This document shows, piece after piece, positions 22,158 to 34,830 of a stretch of DNA of 64,000 nt. How positions within the stretch are numbered: position 1 is the stretch's first letter; each line of letters begins with the position of its first letter. A model generated the notes under the pieces. That model had not been told where the DNA came from, ran no database searches, and worked only from the letters and a program-made list of their open reading frames with translations. Where the stretch lies: positions 76,680,756-76,744,755 of the forward strand of contig NC_068981.1 in the NCBI RefSeq assembly GCF_001194135.2, given 5' to 3'. The position numbers were made by a program, and so were the translations under genes. Source of the DNA: Octopus bimaculoides. Its lineage: Eukaryota.

Positions 22158-23420
22158 NNNNNNNNNNNNNNNNNNNNNNNNNNNNNNNNNNNNNNNNNNN
22201 NNNNNNNNNNNNNNNNNNNNNNNNNNNNNNNNNNNNNNNNNNNNNNNNNNNNNNNNNNNNNNNNNNNNNNNNNNNNNNNNNNNNNNNNNNNNNNNNNNNN
22301 NNNNNNNNNNNNNNNNNNNNNNNNNNNNNNNNNNNNNNNNNNNNNNNNNNNNNNNNNNNNNNNNNNNNNNNNNNNNNNNNNNNNNNNNNNNNNNNNNNNN
22401 NNNNNNNNNNNNNNNNNNNNNNNNNNNNNNNNNNNNNNNNNNNNNNNNNNNNNNNNNNNNNNNNNNNNNNNNNNNNNNNNNNNNNNNNNNNNNNNNNNNN
22501 NNNNNNNNNNNNNNNNNNNNNNNNNNNNNNNNNNNNNNNNNNNNNNNNNNNNNNNNNNNNNNNNNNNNNNNNNNNNNNNNNNNNNNNNNNNNNNNNNNNN
22601 NNNNNNNNNNNNNNNNNNNNNNNNNNNNNNNNNNNNNNNNNNNNNNNNNNNNNNNNNNNNNNNNNNNNNNNNNNNNNNNNNNNNNNNNNNNNNNNNNNNN
22701 NNNNNNNNNNNNNNNNNNNNNNNNNNNNNNNNNNNNNNNNNNNNNNNNNNNNNNNNNNNNNNNNNNNNNNNNNNNNNNNNNNNNNNNNNNNNNNNNNNNN
22801 NNNNNNNNNNNNNNNNNNNNNNNNNNNNNNNNNNNNNNNNNNNNNNNNNNNNNNNNNNNNNNNNNNNNNNNNNNNNNNNNNNNNNNNNNNNNNNNNNNNN
22901 NNNNNNNNNNNNNNNNNNNNNNNNNNNNNNNNNNNNNNNNNNNNNNNNNNNNNNNNNNNNNNNNNNNNNNNNNNNNNNNNNNNNNNNNNNNNNNNNNNNN
23001 NNNNNNNNNNNNNNNNATATATATATATATATATAGGTCATCGTCGAACAACCTATCCGACTCAGGACCGATCGACGTTACTACGATTGATATCAGCTAA
23101 CAAACGTTTACCCTAGGTTTGGTTATCGATCGCCACTGTAATTATCCCAAGTGTTGGTTAAATTTCTTGTCGCGGAGACATTGAGGCAACCTCATACTTG
23201 TTTATAAGACGACTGCTTGAGACTCCGAAAATAATTAACTTAACGCCAGGCTCGATAGAGCGCTTTTCCGGTGACTCTGTGTGTCTTGTGTTTGATATTC
23301 TTTTTAAATGTCTCCTAAAATGTCTACTCAGGAGATATCGTCGTTATTAATCAATTAGTGCTTCTGTAAGTCGCAGTTTTCTGCGAAAATCCGTAATATC
23401 TCTTTAATTTTATTGTGGAC

Positions 23421-23716
23421 AGAGGAGGTAATTGCACTTTTTTGGGGAGTGCACTTTTTTAGGGAGGGTAAATTTACAGTATTTATATCACGAATTTATA
23501 AATTCATGAATTAGAATAATAAAATAAAATATGTACAAAGTCGGTTACGCGTTCATGGATTAATATATTTACAAAATCCAAAATTGGCTATGTGTTTATA
23601 TTCAAGCGCAGTTTGTATGTTTCAATAAATATATTCTCTCTCTTTTTTAATCTCTGTTTTATAGAGATTGTTTCCCTATACTGGTAGGTGGGGAAAATTG
23701 TGAAGGTTGATTGGAC
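23421..23716 (-). mobile_element. Penelope-like element 3' fragment (inverted copy)
   Basis: Minus-strand STFTIFPTYQYRETISIKQRLKKRENIFIETYKLRLN plus 3' UTR; reverse complement of about 23896-24237. Confidence 0.8.
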
Positions 23717-24380
23717 TAATTTCACTTGTGCATCAGAAAATTTATGTAATAACTTGTTCAGAGTGTGGACACAACTATATGGGCCAAACAAGGATGTCCT
23801 TTAGACGGAGAACTACGCTTCATAAGAAGCAGATTCGTTTCCTAAGGAATAGACAGATACCATTGAGTGAACACACACAGAGATGTGTGGGGAATGTCCA
23901 ATCAAAACTTCACAGTTTTCTCCACCTACCAGTGCAAGGAAGCAATCTCCATACCACAACGATTAAATAAAGACAATTATTTATTGAAAATACAAACCGC
24001 GCTTGAATATGAACACAAACAACTTTGGATTTTGTAAATATTTTCATTCCTGAACGCATAACCGATTTTTGTACATATTTTATTTCATTATTCTAATTCA
24101 TGAATTTATAACTTTGTAATATAAATATTATGAATTTACCCCACAAAATAGTGTAGGACTCAAAAAAGTATACCTCCCAAAAAGTGTAACTATTTCCCCT
24201 ATCTAAAATAATAACAATTAGCAATTACCTTCTCTAGTATTTACATTTTGGTTTATTTACGAAAAAACACTCATGCAGATAACATGTACTAAAATCTTCA
24301 AGATGCTATGAATTTGCAATATAATCTCCAATTTCCCAATCAGGAGTAGCAAAACGCGAAACCGGTAGACTGTATAAATA
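23717..24380 (+). mobile_element. Penelope-like element: GIY-YIG endonuclease remnant plus 3' UTR/pLTR
   Basis: NFTCASEN-IYVITCSECGHNYMGQT...RRRTTLHKKQIR...IPLSEH, then (after a frameshift) FTVFSTYQCKEAISIPQRLNK..KPRLN. Confidence 0.85.
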
Positions 24381-24699
24381 TCCTATCTTATAAAATATAC
24401 ACAAAATTAATAAATCACGTGTATTTTCCTTCTTTTGTTACATAGATTATTCTACGACCCACCAGGTGTGGGAAAATCTCTTCAACGAAACCCTTCAATA
24501 TTTATATANNNNNNNNNNNNNNNNNNNNNNNNNNNNNNNNNNNNNNNNNNNNNNNNNNNNNNNNNNNNNNNNNNNNNNNNNNNNNNNNNNNNNNNNNNNN
24601 NNNNNNNNNNNNNNNNNNNNNNNNNNNNNNNNNNNNNNNNNNNNNNNNNNNNNNNNNNNNNNNNNNNNNNNNNNNNNNNNNNNNNNNNNNNNNNNNNNN

Positions 24700-24752
<53 letters not shown>

Positions 24753-25494
24753 AAGAAAGAGAGAGGGAGAGAAAAAAACAAAATTATTTCATTCCTCACG
24801 GTTAGAAATACACGAAAATAAGAAATAAGTTGAAAATCCACTGAGAATAGTTAAAATATTTTTATTGATATATTTAAATCTTTAGCCAGCTTCACAGTTT
24901 ACACCGATTTTCAAAAGCTTCAAATAGAAAGACATGGTTTATGTCGTAGATGTCTTGCTTGTGAGTAGTGTTTGAAGCTTTCCCTATTTCTACAAGCAGA
25001 TCATGGCTCAAATTAGTATATGCTTTGAATATGATTTTATTAGTAGAGGATAGTCACATGATTGATCTTAAAAATTTTTGTAGGTTCCCCAATAAGTCCA
25101 TATGTTAGTATCAAGTTTGGCGTCGTAAGATAAGGCTGACATAGTTGACTCAACATCTTCAAACATCAATGCTCTGTATGTTTTCTGTCAAGTGTTTGTG
25201 CAGAATAAACACATGATTAAGTTTAGAACCTTTTGTGCGTTCCCTTCGTCCGTGCAGTAGTGTTACGTAACAGTGTATTTTGCGCTTAAAATGAAAGCCG
25301 ACACGGTTAGGTGAGCATGTTTAGTTATAATCAAGGCACTCTAAATTTAATCTGTCTGGTGGGAGAATGGACAGGAGTCGTTTGTATGTAGTCCAGGGGT
25401 CAAAGTTTAAGTTGTTAGCTGTGTGGGTTCCTCATGTTAAGTGGCAGAATTAGTTTTGTCTGTGAATAGTTATTTGTTTATGACTGTTAAAATT

Positions 25495-25930
25495 TGTTAA
25501 GTCTTGGTTTGTACATTTGCATGAAAGTATTTTCTTTGTTTATCCGTGCGTCATCTGTGGTATTCGCTGAACATACGTAGAGTGAGAAGACCGGGAAATT
25601 AGGGGACTTATTTTTTGCACATATATCTATGTGTCCACTATGTGAATCTGTCTAGTACTGGGGTCTTGTAATTGCTGTCGGTGAATGGGCAGTCTATTTA
25701 TTAGAGTAGGCTTTGTTTGACCTATGTAATCATCATTACAGCCTCGATATTTGATAGCATATATTAAATTCCTTGAAGAACATGTAAAGCGATTTTTTAT
25801 GGTAAACACCTGTCCTGATTTGAATTGATTTGAACATCTGTCCTGATTTGAATTTAAATTGTCGCCTGTTGAAAAACGGTGGGGTGCTTTTGTGTCCGTA
25901 AGTTTACTTGCGATATCGCTTCCCATCTGT
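25495..25930 (-). pseudogene. Penelope-like GIY-YIG endonuclease remnant
   Basis: FTIKNRFTCSSRNLIYAIKYRGCNDDYIGQT...HRQQLQDPSTRQI, then HIDICAKNKSPNFPVF...RINKENTFMQMYKPRLN*. Confidence 0.88.
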
Positions 25931-27475
25931 TAAGTTGTCTAATGCAACGTGCTTTGTTGCGGTTGGCTGAATTACACCTTTAGAATGACTATGTAACCTA
26001 AAGGCAGGAAATGAGTTATTTTATCCTTTATGAACGTAGCCTCACGTCGCTGAGTGCGAATTGCTAAAATAGATTTTGGTACGAAAATTTTCTGGGATGT
26101 GACATTTGGAACCCGGATATATATGAAGCTATAATTATCAAGCTAAATTTAGCAATATTTCTGACCTCCAGTTCAGAGATTTTATGTGAGTTTTTAGGTT
26201 TTGGAAATTTTCGGATAAACAGAGGCTACAATTACGTAACTTTTCACTGTAAATCATAAGTCGATCAATAATGTTCTATATTACAGGTAGACATACCAAT
26301 TCTAGGTCCGTGATTTTCCATTTGAAAAGAAAAAAATAGGATGACCTGCTTCTCATCGTGAATGACTGTAGATGCTGATATCAGTGGCATATGAAAGATT
26401 TTGATGGTAGAATCGTATAGTTTCATTCAAAACTGCTTCGGCTAATGGTTACTTCGAATATTACTTCTTTCAAGGGACAAGTTTCTCTGAGTGGACTAAA
26501 GTTACAGGTCAAATGTGAGGAAGTGGTGTTAGGCTGTAGTATTTGATCTGGGTAGTTATATTTTCCACATAATGATAACTCACTGTAGTGTTATCTGAGC
26601 TGAAGAGGAGTAAAATGTGTGCTTAGATGAGATAGTTTGTAATTACGTACTAGAATTTGGAGATTCCTTGGGATAATTCTGATGACGTCTAGATCACATT
26701 CCTCTTTCTAATTATGATCTACTCTGTGATGATTCCTCTTCCAACTAAAGGAATTTTTCTTTGTATCTGTTTCAAATTATCACATCATTATATTGGTCGT
26801 CTAGCGTGCATAAAGATATCACTATTGAAAAAATTCAGTTATACCTAATCATTTCGCTCCCTTTTTCTTAATTACAGGAAAGGGATATTTAGAGGTTTCA
26901 TGAATGCAATTTAGCTTTCTGTAAAAATAATGCTGATCTGTTTTCAAGCTATGTATTATTTTTATTCCTTGTTCAAGTTAAAAAACCCTTAAGCCCATCG
27001 ACTAAATGCTTTTTGAATATATCCGTGGTGTGGTAAGAATGAGATAGCTAAGCGATTATCTCTCGTAAAATCTGGAGCCGGTGCAATTTCAGAGAGTTAC
27101 TAGGATACATAATCCCACAAGTCTGCTTCGTCGCAGATCTCTAAGGAATGTCATTTGAATTCGTAACATTTTATTGGTAATTTTCCAACGTTCGTTATAA
27201 TTCTGGTGTCTAAATTTATATTTGCCTTGATTTCTTTCATGTAATCCAATTCCAATTTTTTTTAACAAGCTAGGACTATATATGGACGGATAATGCCTAT
27301 AAAATGAGTGCTGGTAGATATCATTGTATAAATGCCCTGGAACTAGTGCAGATCCATTGCTCCAGTGTCGTAAGTAACAATCAAGTCTGATTTTGTCGAG
27401 GATACGGAATCTAGCTTTTGTTAATCGCTTTTGGAAGAGGTATATAACCTACATACATGTTTGTACGAATATTTG

Positions 27476-27521
<46 letters not shown>

Positions 27522-29679
27522 TGTGTGCGTGTAACATGCATATATGCACGTGTTGTAGGTAAGTATATATAGATTCATGTATGTGTATGCGTGAATGCGT
27601 GTTCATGTGTATGCATACATATATTGATGCATGATGCTATGTAGGGAAATTTTGCATGCAATTCGTGGGAAAAGATTTTTGGGGTATTTTACTGTTATAA
27701 ACTTACATTCAAGTATTCGGAACAATATTTTGCTTGCAGTTAACGAAGTGGTGTTTAGTACGACTACAATTGCTCTGAACGACAGAAATAAGAAAACAAC
27801 AATGAAATTATTGCTTAACAAACCACAATTACTTGCTAGTAACTGATTGTTTCAGAGATCAGAAGCACATTTACGTTGAATGATAGTCGACTGTTACAAA
27901 CATTTAACTAGTTTCTTTATCCGAATGATTTATGCGTCTCAGGTTTTCTAGGTAAAAATATGAGAAACATTTCTATTACACAGGTAGGTTTCCAGTCTAT
28001 CTTGGGTAGTTTTGCAAGCTAGAAGATGTGAAAACGGCACTTCAAGTTCATGAAATTGTACACTGAGTAGCTACACAACAAATCAAAGATAGTACCAAAT
28101 ATCAATACTAAAGAGACTACATACTAAAAGATGCTACAAAAGTTATATACACAACATACAGATCATTGCTGCTGTGAGTTTGAACTCCTTGCGAAGCGCA
28201 ACGTCATAAAATATTTTTATGCACACAAACTCGTACAGAGCTATAGAAAACAATACTACAACAGCATCATAAATATACAATCTACGTTTTGTCAACCAGA
28301 CAAACTTAATTAAACACATAAACACATAAACAGCAGCAACAGCGGCAGAGGTACTATTAGCATTCACTAAGAAATATACAGAACACAAATTGCTACTCTC
28401 TGACCGAGTTCTCACATGTTTGTTGTAATGACAACCAGATTCTACAGATGCAGACTTAGCAAATGATGTAGACTATACGTAGTCTCTGTGATTGCGGAAA
28501 CTAGCAGCTAAATTCTTAAATATTTCCGTACAATTTTGAAAATAGAAAGCACATGTTAAATAGAATGATCCTAAATTATAATTAAAAAAAAAACTGAAAT
28601 GGTCGTGGAATGCGTGTGATCATAGATCGTTGTGATTGTATGGGATTAATTAACACTATCGTTTATGAGGCTGCTTGTTCTGCTAATATAGCAATCATTT
28701 TTTTTTTCAAATAATCTCTTCCTTTTAAAAAGAGGGTTATACTGGCTGGCTAATAAATCCCTAAATAAAACTTGAAAAAAAGTGGTTGTCCTTGATCAAA
28801 CACCTTTGGTGACAAGTCTAGTTGACCAGAGTCGAGTTGTGCTAATCAGTATCAACAAGCAATAACAGGTGTACTTAAAGGAGACAGCATGGAGGCTATA
28901 TGTTCAGATTGTCACGATGCAGACTGATCATTGTTTGTCAGTTAGGTTGAAGCGTAGTATATGAAGAACAATAGAGTTGTTGGGCGAGCGCAGACATTTA
29001 TATGCTCAAATGTTAATCACCGAAGAGTTAAACGATGACAAGAGCTACGTATAAACATTATATTTAAAGCAACATACTTTGTGAACGTGAAGTCGCAAGT
29101 GAAGATAAATTCTGTTACTCACAAATATACACAGCCACATATATCTGTGTGTAAGCATAGTTCCATATATGCATGNNNNNNNNNNNNNNNNNNNNNNNNN
29201 NNNNNNNNNNNNNNNNNNNNNNNNNNNNNNNNNNNNNNNNNNNNNNNNNNNNNNNNNNNNNNNNNNNNNNNNNNNNNNNNNNNNNNNNNNNNNNNNNNNN
29301 NNNNNNNNNNNNNNNNNNNNNNNNNNNNNNNNNNNNNNNNNNNNNNNNNNNNNNNNNNNNNNNNNNNNNNNNNNNNNNNNNNNNNNNNNNNNNNNNNNNN
29401 NNNNNNNNNNNNNNNNNNNNNNNNNNNNNNNNNNNNNNNNNNNNNNNNNNNNNNNNNNNNNNNNNNNNNNNNNNNNNNNNNNNNNNNNNNNNNNNNNNNN
29501 NNNNNNNNNNNNNNNNNNNNNNNNNNNNNNNNNNNNNNNNNNNNNNNNNNNNNNNNNNNNNNNNNNNNNNNNNNNNNNNNNNNNNNNNNNNNNNNNNNNN
29601 NNNNNNNNNNNNNNNNNNNNNNNNNNNNNNNNNNNNNNNNNNNNNNNNNNNNNNNNNNNNNNNNNNNNNNNNNNNNNNN

Positions 29680-29710
<31 letters not shown>

Positions 29711-31999
29711 CATACATACATACATACACCACATATGTATGTATGTATGTATGTATGTCTAACGTATTTTTGTGTATGAAATGAATACAGGCAGAAGTTA
29801 TTACAGAAATTTAAGGTGAATAGGAACAGCAAAAGAAAATTAAAATACTCATGTCAGCGGTGTAAGAGCTCTGGTCTACAGATTGATTTGTTGTCCCTGT
29901 ATGATTGAGAATTGGTATGAAATACCAAATGCTCCTGGCCAGCAATGAATATTTTGCCTCGCTTGCCCCAACTACAAGAAGTTTCTAAATACTTTCAAAT
30001 TTCACCCCTAAAATTTCTTACCAATTTTTGTTATTCAGCAAAATCTGATCTCTCAGTAGACCACAGATTTTTCTATACTGATATTAATATTTAAGTTTTC
30101 ATTTCTTTGTCCCTATTCACCAAGTTGTTCCTAGTCCACGACCATCTAAACCACGATAATTAATTGATAGTGCACCCCACAGTATTTTGAGGATAATTTG
30201 AAATGTATAGTAATCGTCTTTGATAAATATATGAAATATGGTTTGATATGCCGAATATAGAATACTGAAAAAAGAATATCTCTGACCTGCTGCTAGCGTT
30301 GATAGACTTTATCGTTGAAAATTGTCCGTTTTACTGTGAGACAATTGCTTTGCAGCAATTGATATGATGTTTAAAATCGGACCAATTTTTACTGGTATTC
30401 CAGATTGGCATTACATTGTACCTACAGTAACTAGCATGGCATGGTACACAAATCAGCCAGTTAATTAATAGTGCAGTATTCAAAGACGACTTACAATAGT
30501 ACTCTTACTCAGATTAATGTTTAACAAAACTACAAAGACCTGAGACTGATGTCTTTTTCTATTCACTTAACAGCGTTGAATATTACTACGTGCGTAATGT
30601 TGAAATTATCGTTGAAACATTTCGTATACATTTTAGAGTGAACCTAAAATTTGGTGTTTAGTTAGATGGTATTCCTTCTAGTTTACAGCAGCCTCAACAT
30701 TATAGATCAATTAATTCTCTCTACATGCAATATTATACATATTGGGTGGCCCAATTTATCTGTCCCAGTTCGTGTTTATTGTAAATAACAATAAGCTATT
30801 ATTTTTTCAATGGAGGGATGGGCCATTTCACTCATGATGTTCTAACGACGTAGATATCAGAGAGAATTGACTTCCACTTTTTGCCCACAGAGACATAAAA
30901 CCTGTATTCGTTTTACAAAGGAGCAAAATCTAAACGTTATTGAAAGAAATATACATTTCATTTGAAATTATAAATGCGTAAGCATGCCTGTAAGATGTAC
31001 TCATATATATAACACATTTATATTTATTTATCTAACCAGATATTCATTTATCTAATCAGTATTAAACAGCATCAAAGAAAAATGTTCTTTTGATGGATTT
31101 TAGACAAAAGCAAATTCCAGTCATGTATAAAACAATATTAATTTCATAAATGTCAAGCATGTCCTATAGATGAGCTGTTCAAAACTGGCATTTTAATTCA
31201 TTCTTTTAATAACTTATCTCTTCCAAATTTTTTTGTAAATACATTTTCTTAAAGGTTACTTATACTATTTTCTATGCTATATGTAAATACATATATGTTA
31301 TGTCCGTGTACCAACGTCTTAACTCTGAAGACTGCAATAAATAGAGAGGGAAAAGTATGAGCAGCCCGACAAGTGAGTAGCGACATCAAAGATTTTGTGA
31401 GCAGAAAAAGAGATCAATCCCAGTTCTTTTTAGTCATGTTAATCATTCTTTTATCATTTAATTATTGTGGATTTAAATAATTAATTAGACAATCAACATT
31501 GACAGCACGCAGAATGCCAGCCAAGGAGGAATACCAGTTTTGCATTATTGGACTTGGTGTAATCTATCAATAGGTACAAGCCAATAATCTCTCAGTAAAT
31601 AGACAATGGGCATATTTTCTATTCAAGTCAACACTAGAAGTAAAACAGGGTGATTCTTTTTTTCTGTTCTGCCTGTTATGCACAGTGAGGCTAAAAGTAT
31701 GCTAATCAAAAACTTATACTTTACATTTTAAACTGTAGACGAAATGTGTATGAATTAATGATTTTTGAACATCCATTTCACACAAAAAATAACGTTTTAC
31801 ATACATACATACATACATGCATGCATGCATACATACATACATACACACTCACACACACATACATACATACATACATACATACATACATACATACATACAT
31901 ACGTACGTACATATATACATTCGTATGTACTCATATATGTATATAAATATGTACATACGTACGTACGTACGTATTTCTGTCCGTATGTATGAATGTATG

Positions 32000-32002
<3 letters not shown>

Positions 32003-32076
<74 letters not shown>
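32003..32076. repeat. (TA)n microsatellite next to (TACA)n arrays at about 31800-31905
   Basis: Direct reading. Confidence 0.95.
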
Positions 32077-32082
<6 letters not shown>

Positions 32083-32214
32083 CATTATCCAGCCTTATTT
32101 CAAGATTTCTTACCAATAACGAAATAGTCCGTTTCTAACCTGGATCCAAGGCCCCTTCATTGGAATTTCAACATCAACAACAGGGTATTTTTCTTTGTAT
32201 GTATGTATGTATGT

Positions 32215-32626
32215 ATACTCTTTTACTCTTTTAGTTGTTTCAGTCATTTGACTGTGGCCATGCTGGAGCACCGCCTTTAGTCGAGCAAATCGACCCCAGG
32301 ACTTATTCGTTGGATGCCTAGTACTTATTCTATCGGTCTCTTTTGCCAAACCGTTAAGTTACGGGGACATAAACACACCAGCATCGGTTGTAAAGCGATG
32401 TTGGGGGGACAAACACAGACACACAAACATATACACATACATATATATATATTTACATATATACGACTGGCTTCTTTCGGTTTCCGTCTACCAAATCCAC
32501 TCACAAGGCTTTTGTCGGCCCGAGGCTATAGTAGAAGACACTTGCCCAAGTTGCCACGCAGTGGGAATGAACCCGGAACCATGTGGTTGGTAAGCAAGCT
32601 ACTTACCACACAGCCACTTCTACGCC
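32215..32626 (-). mobile_element. SINE family A/B, full-length young copy
   Basis: Reverse complement: ggcgtagaagtggctgtgTGGtaagtagc...GGTTCCGGGTTCATTCCCAC head, CORE-like 'cttgggcaagtgtcttc', internal (TA)/(TG) microsatellite, B body and (gagtaaaa)n tail. Nearly identical to 60920-61335. Confidence 0.92.
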
Positions 32627-32699
32627 TATGTATGTATGTATGTATGTATGTATGTATGGATGGATGGATGGATGCATGCATGCATGCATGCATGTATGT

Positions 32700-33122
32700 A
32701 TATGTGCAGTTTTTGATGTTTTATGCATGTATTCTCATGCATATAGTTGCATATCTAGATGTGCTCATATATATAAAGTTTTACAGATTTTTACAGTTCC
32801 AGTGATGGATTGGATCTGTAGTCTTCAAATCAGATTTCTCTTTTCTGGTTTTGAGAATCCTAGTTTCTCAAGATTGGTACTTAGACAGTGTGTTACATAT
32901 CCCAGGGCCCCAATAATTATAGGTATAAACCGGAACTTGTAATCTGGATAGAGTAACTGCAAATTTCTCAATAGTTCATCAGAGGTATTCTGTTTTTCAC
33001 TGATCTTCAGTTTTATGTTAACATCCGCTGGGCAGCTAATTTCCACGACCGTACACAGTTTCTCTTCTCCATCCCAAATCATTATATCAGGCCTGTTGTG
33101 CTTACAGTTTATTGAGGTTTTC
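32700..33122 (-). pseudogene. R4/Dong-clade element 3' end: restriction-like endonuclease (RLE) domain and 3' UTR
   Basis: TSINCKHNRPDIMIWDGEEKLCTVVEISCP (PD..D...E motif)...FIPIIIGALG...LQIQSITGTVKICKTL; stop at 32765; one in-frame TGA. Confidence 0.9.
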
Positions 33123-34444
33123 TATGTGTGTCTATAAGTGTTATGTATGTATGTATGTATGTATGTATGTATGTATGTATGTATGTATGCATGTATGTAT
33201 GTATGTATGTATGCATGTATGTATGTATTATGTATTATGTATATATGTTTGCAATGAACAAATGAACACTCTATCACATAATATTTGCCTTTCAAATTGA
33301 TTACTGACAGAATATGAATAGTTGAAAGATCTTGGAAGTTGCTTTGTGACACTGGAAATTTTCAGACAGATGCGAATGTAAGATGACGTTTTGATTTTGC
33401 TAGAAAAGCAGCCTAATCCTTAAAGACTGAAGGAACATAATTTAATGTAGTATAATGACTTGACACTAAAGCAACATCACCAACATAGGAAAATTTCTAG
33501 TTCATGCTCCCAAACATGGAAAGGAAAACAACATTAGGATAATTAATGTAATGGAAACAAGGAGAGTTATGAAATAAGAAAAATCATTCCCTCCTCTCAA
33601 ACACAAAGATATAAACAAAATTATACATCATACAATAAGAAACGAGAAAAGCAAAATAGAGTATTGAAAACATGGTATGTGAAATAGAAAAACAGAGACT
33701 ATAAAAAGAATGATACAGTTTTTCGAGGAGACATGATGCTGTAGCCAGAGGCTTTTGGAAATAAAAAGATAAAACCGATCAAAATAATATTTGTGGAATC
33801 TAAAAATAAAAGCAGCAACGAAATTAAATTAGAGTCATTCTTATATCTGCTTAGAAGTACAAAATAAAACAAACTATATTGAAATCACAGCACATCAAAT
33901 GTCTATGTTGGATGATAAAAAGAAAGACATAGAAGACAATGAATATGTTATTGATGGTAAGTTTACAAATCCAGAGCCCAAAGTTTCCTTTCAACTTTCT
34001 ACTCATTATCATTGGAGCGACAGTTAATACATTAATCCGCCTTCATCACACTGGAACTTTTGGACAAATATTGTAGTTCTGTAATTCATACGCCGAAGTT
34101 AATCACTACATCTGGGGCAGCAAAAGTCTGAAAGAAATCCAGGAGATTTAAAGGGTGACTGACTACACATGGGTTGACAAAAGAAACAAAACGGATTCAT
34201 AATTTTTTTGTTAGTATATTTTATTTAAAGCATTGCGAATTAACCGGTGACTGATCAATATACAATGTAAACGTCCACTCGGAAAGAGTAGAAACGTAAA
34301 TACAACCTCGAAAACACACCGCGCGCGCTCACACACACACACACACACAAACAAACACGCACACACAAACACAAACACACATATATACACACACACTCAG
34401 AAGTATTCAGGAGCAACACCACCATTGCAGGACGTTTTTTTTTT

Positions 34445-34830
34445 CGTTTGCTAGTGATATATTTAGGAAATGAGATGCAACGTCACTGGTGCCAACCTGT
34501 ATCGGCCTTTCCCTTCGACAACATTGGTGGCACTGAATGGGGAGACTGGTCTTCAACAAAACAAACATGTGCAGACTTGTGTCTCGGATGGAAACTTACG
34601 AGGTCGCTCGTGACCAAAGTCTGTCATACCGGCCATGACGAAGGGAAATAGCCCTGAAACTCGAGTCGCCTTTACATATTTATATTTATATATTTGATCC
34701 TTTATATTGAACACTCAATATTTCATCTACATGCAATACTTTATTTCATGGTGCCATCCATTTTTATTTTATTTTATTTTATATTATATATTGTATATTC
34801 CATATTCTATACCCCACATTGGTTCTGCAG
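34445..34830 (+). mobile_element. Penelope-pLTR/retrozyme-like repeat unit
   Basis: GC-richer block carrying the hammerhead motif at 34629, followed by a T-rich tail. Confidence 0.45.
34629..34671 (+). ncRNA. Minimal type I hammerhead ribozyme motif with palindromic stem III
   Basis: GGC-C(a)TGACGA-AGGG(aaatag)CCCT-GAA-ACTCGAGT-C-GCC. Stem I GGC/GCC, perfect 4 bp stem II, GAAAC, 8 nt palindrome ACTCGAGT, GUC triplet; one extra A in the core. Confidence 0.65.

Noticed and set aside
25130-25175. Minus-strand 'ttgaaga-tgttg-agt-caac-tatgtc' in the PLE 3' region as a hammerhead relic
   Set aside because: Both the first core base and GAAA are missing; too degenerate to support.
26000-27400. Possible decayed L1-like RT on the minus strand (KEIKAN-, LGI-like words)
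   Set aside because: I could not place motifs in a consistent order; needs a frameshift-aware search.
28131-28415. 90 aa hydrophobic minus-strand ORF
   Set aside because: The hydrophobicity follows from the T/G-rich strand composition; non-ATG start and no homology recognised.
33500-33950. A-rich stretch resembling the pre-RT region of an R4-like ORF
   Set aside because: Only compositional and two-word similarity; not supportable.
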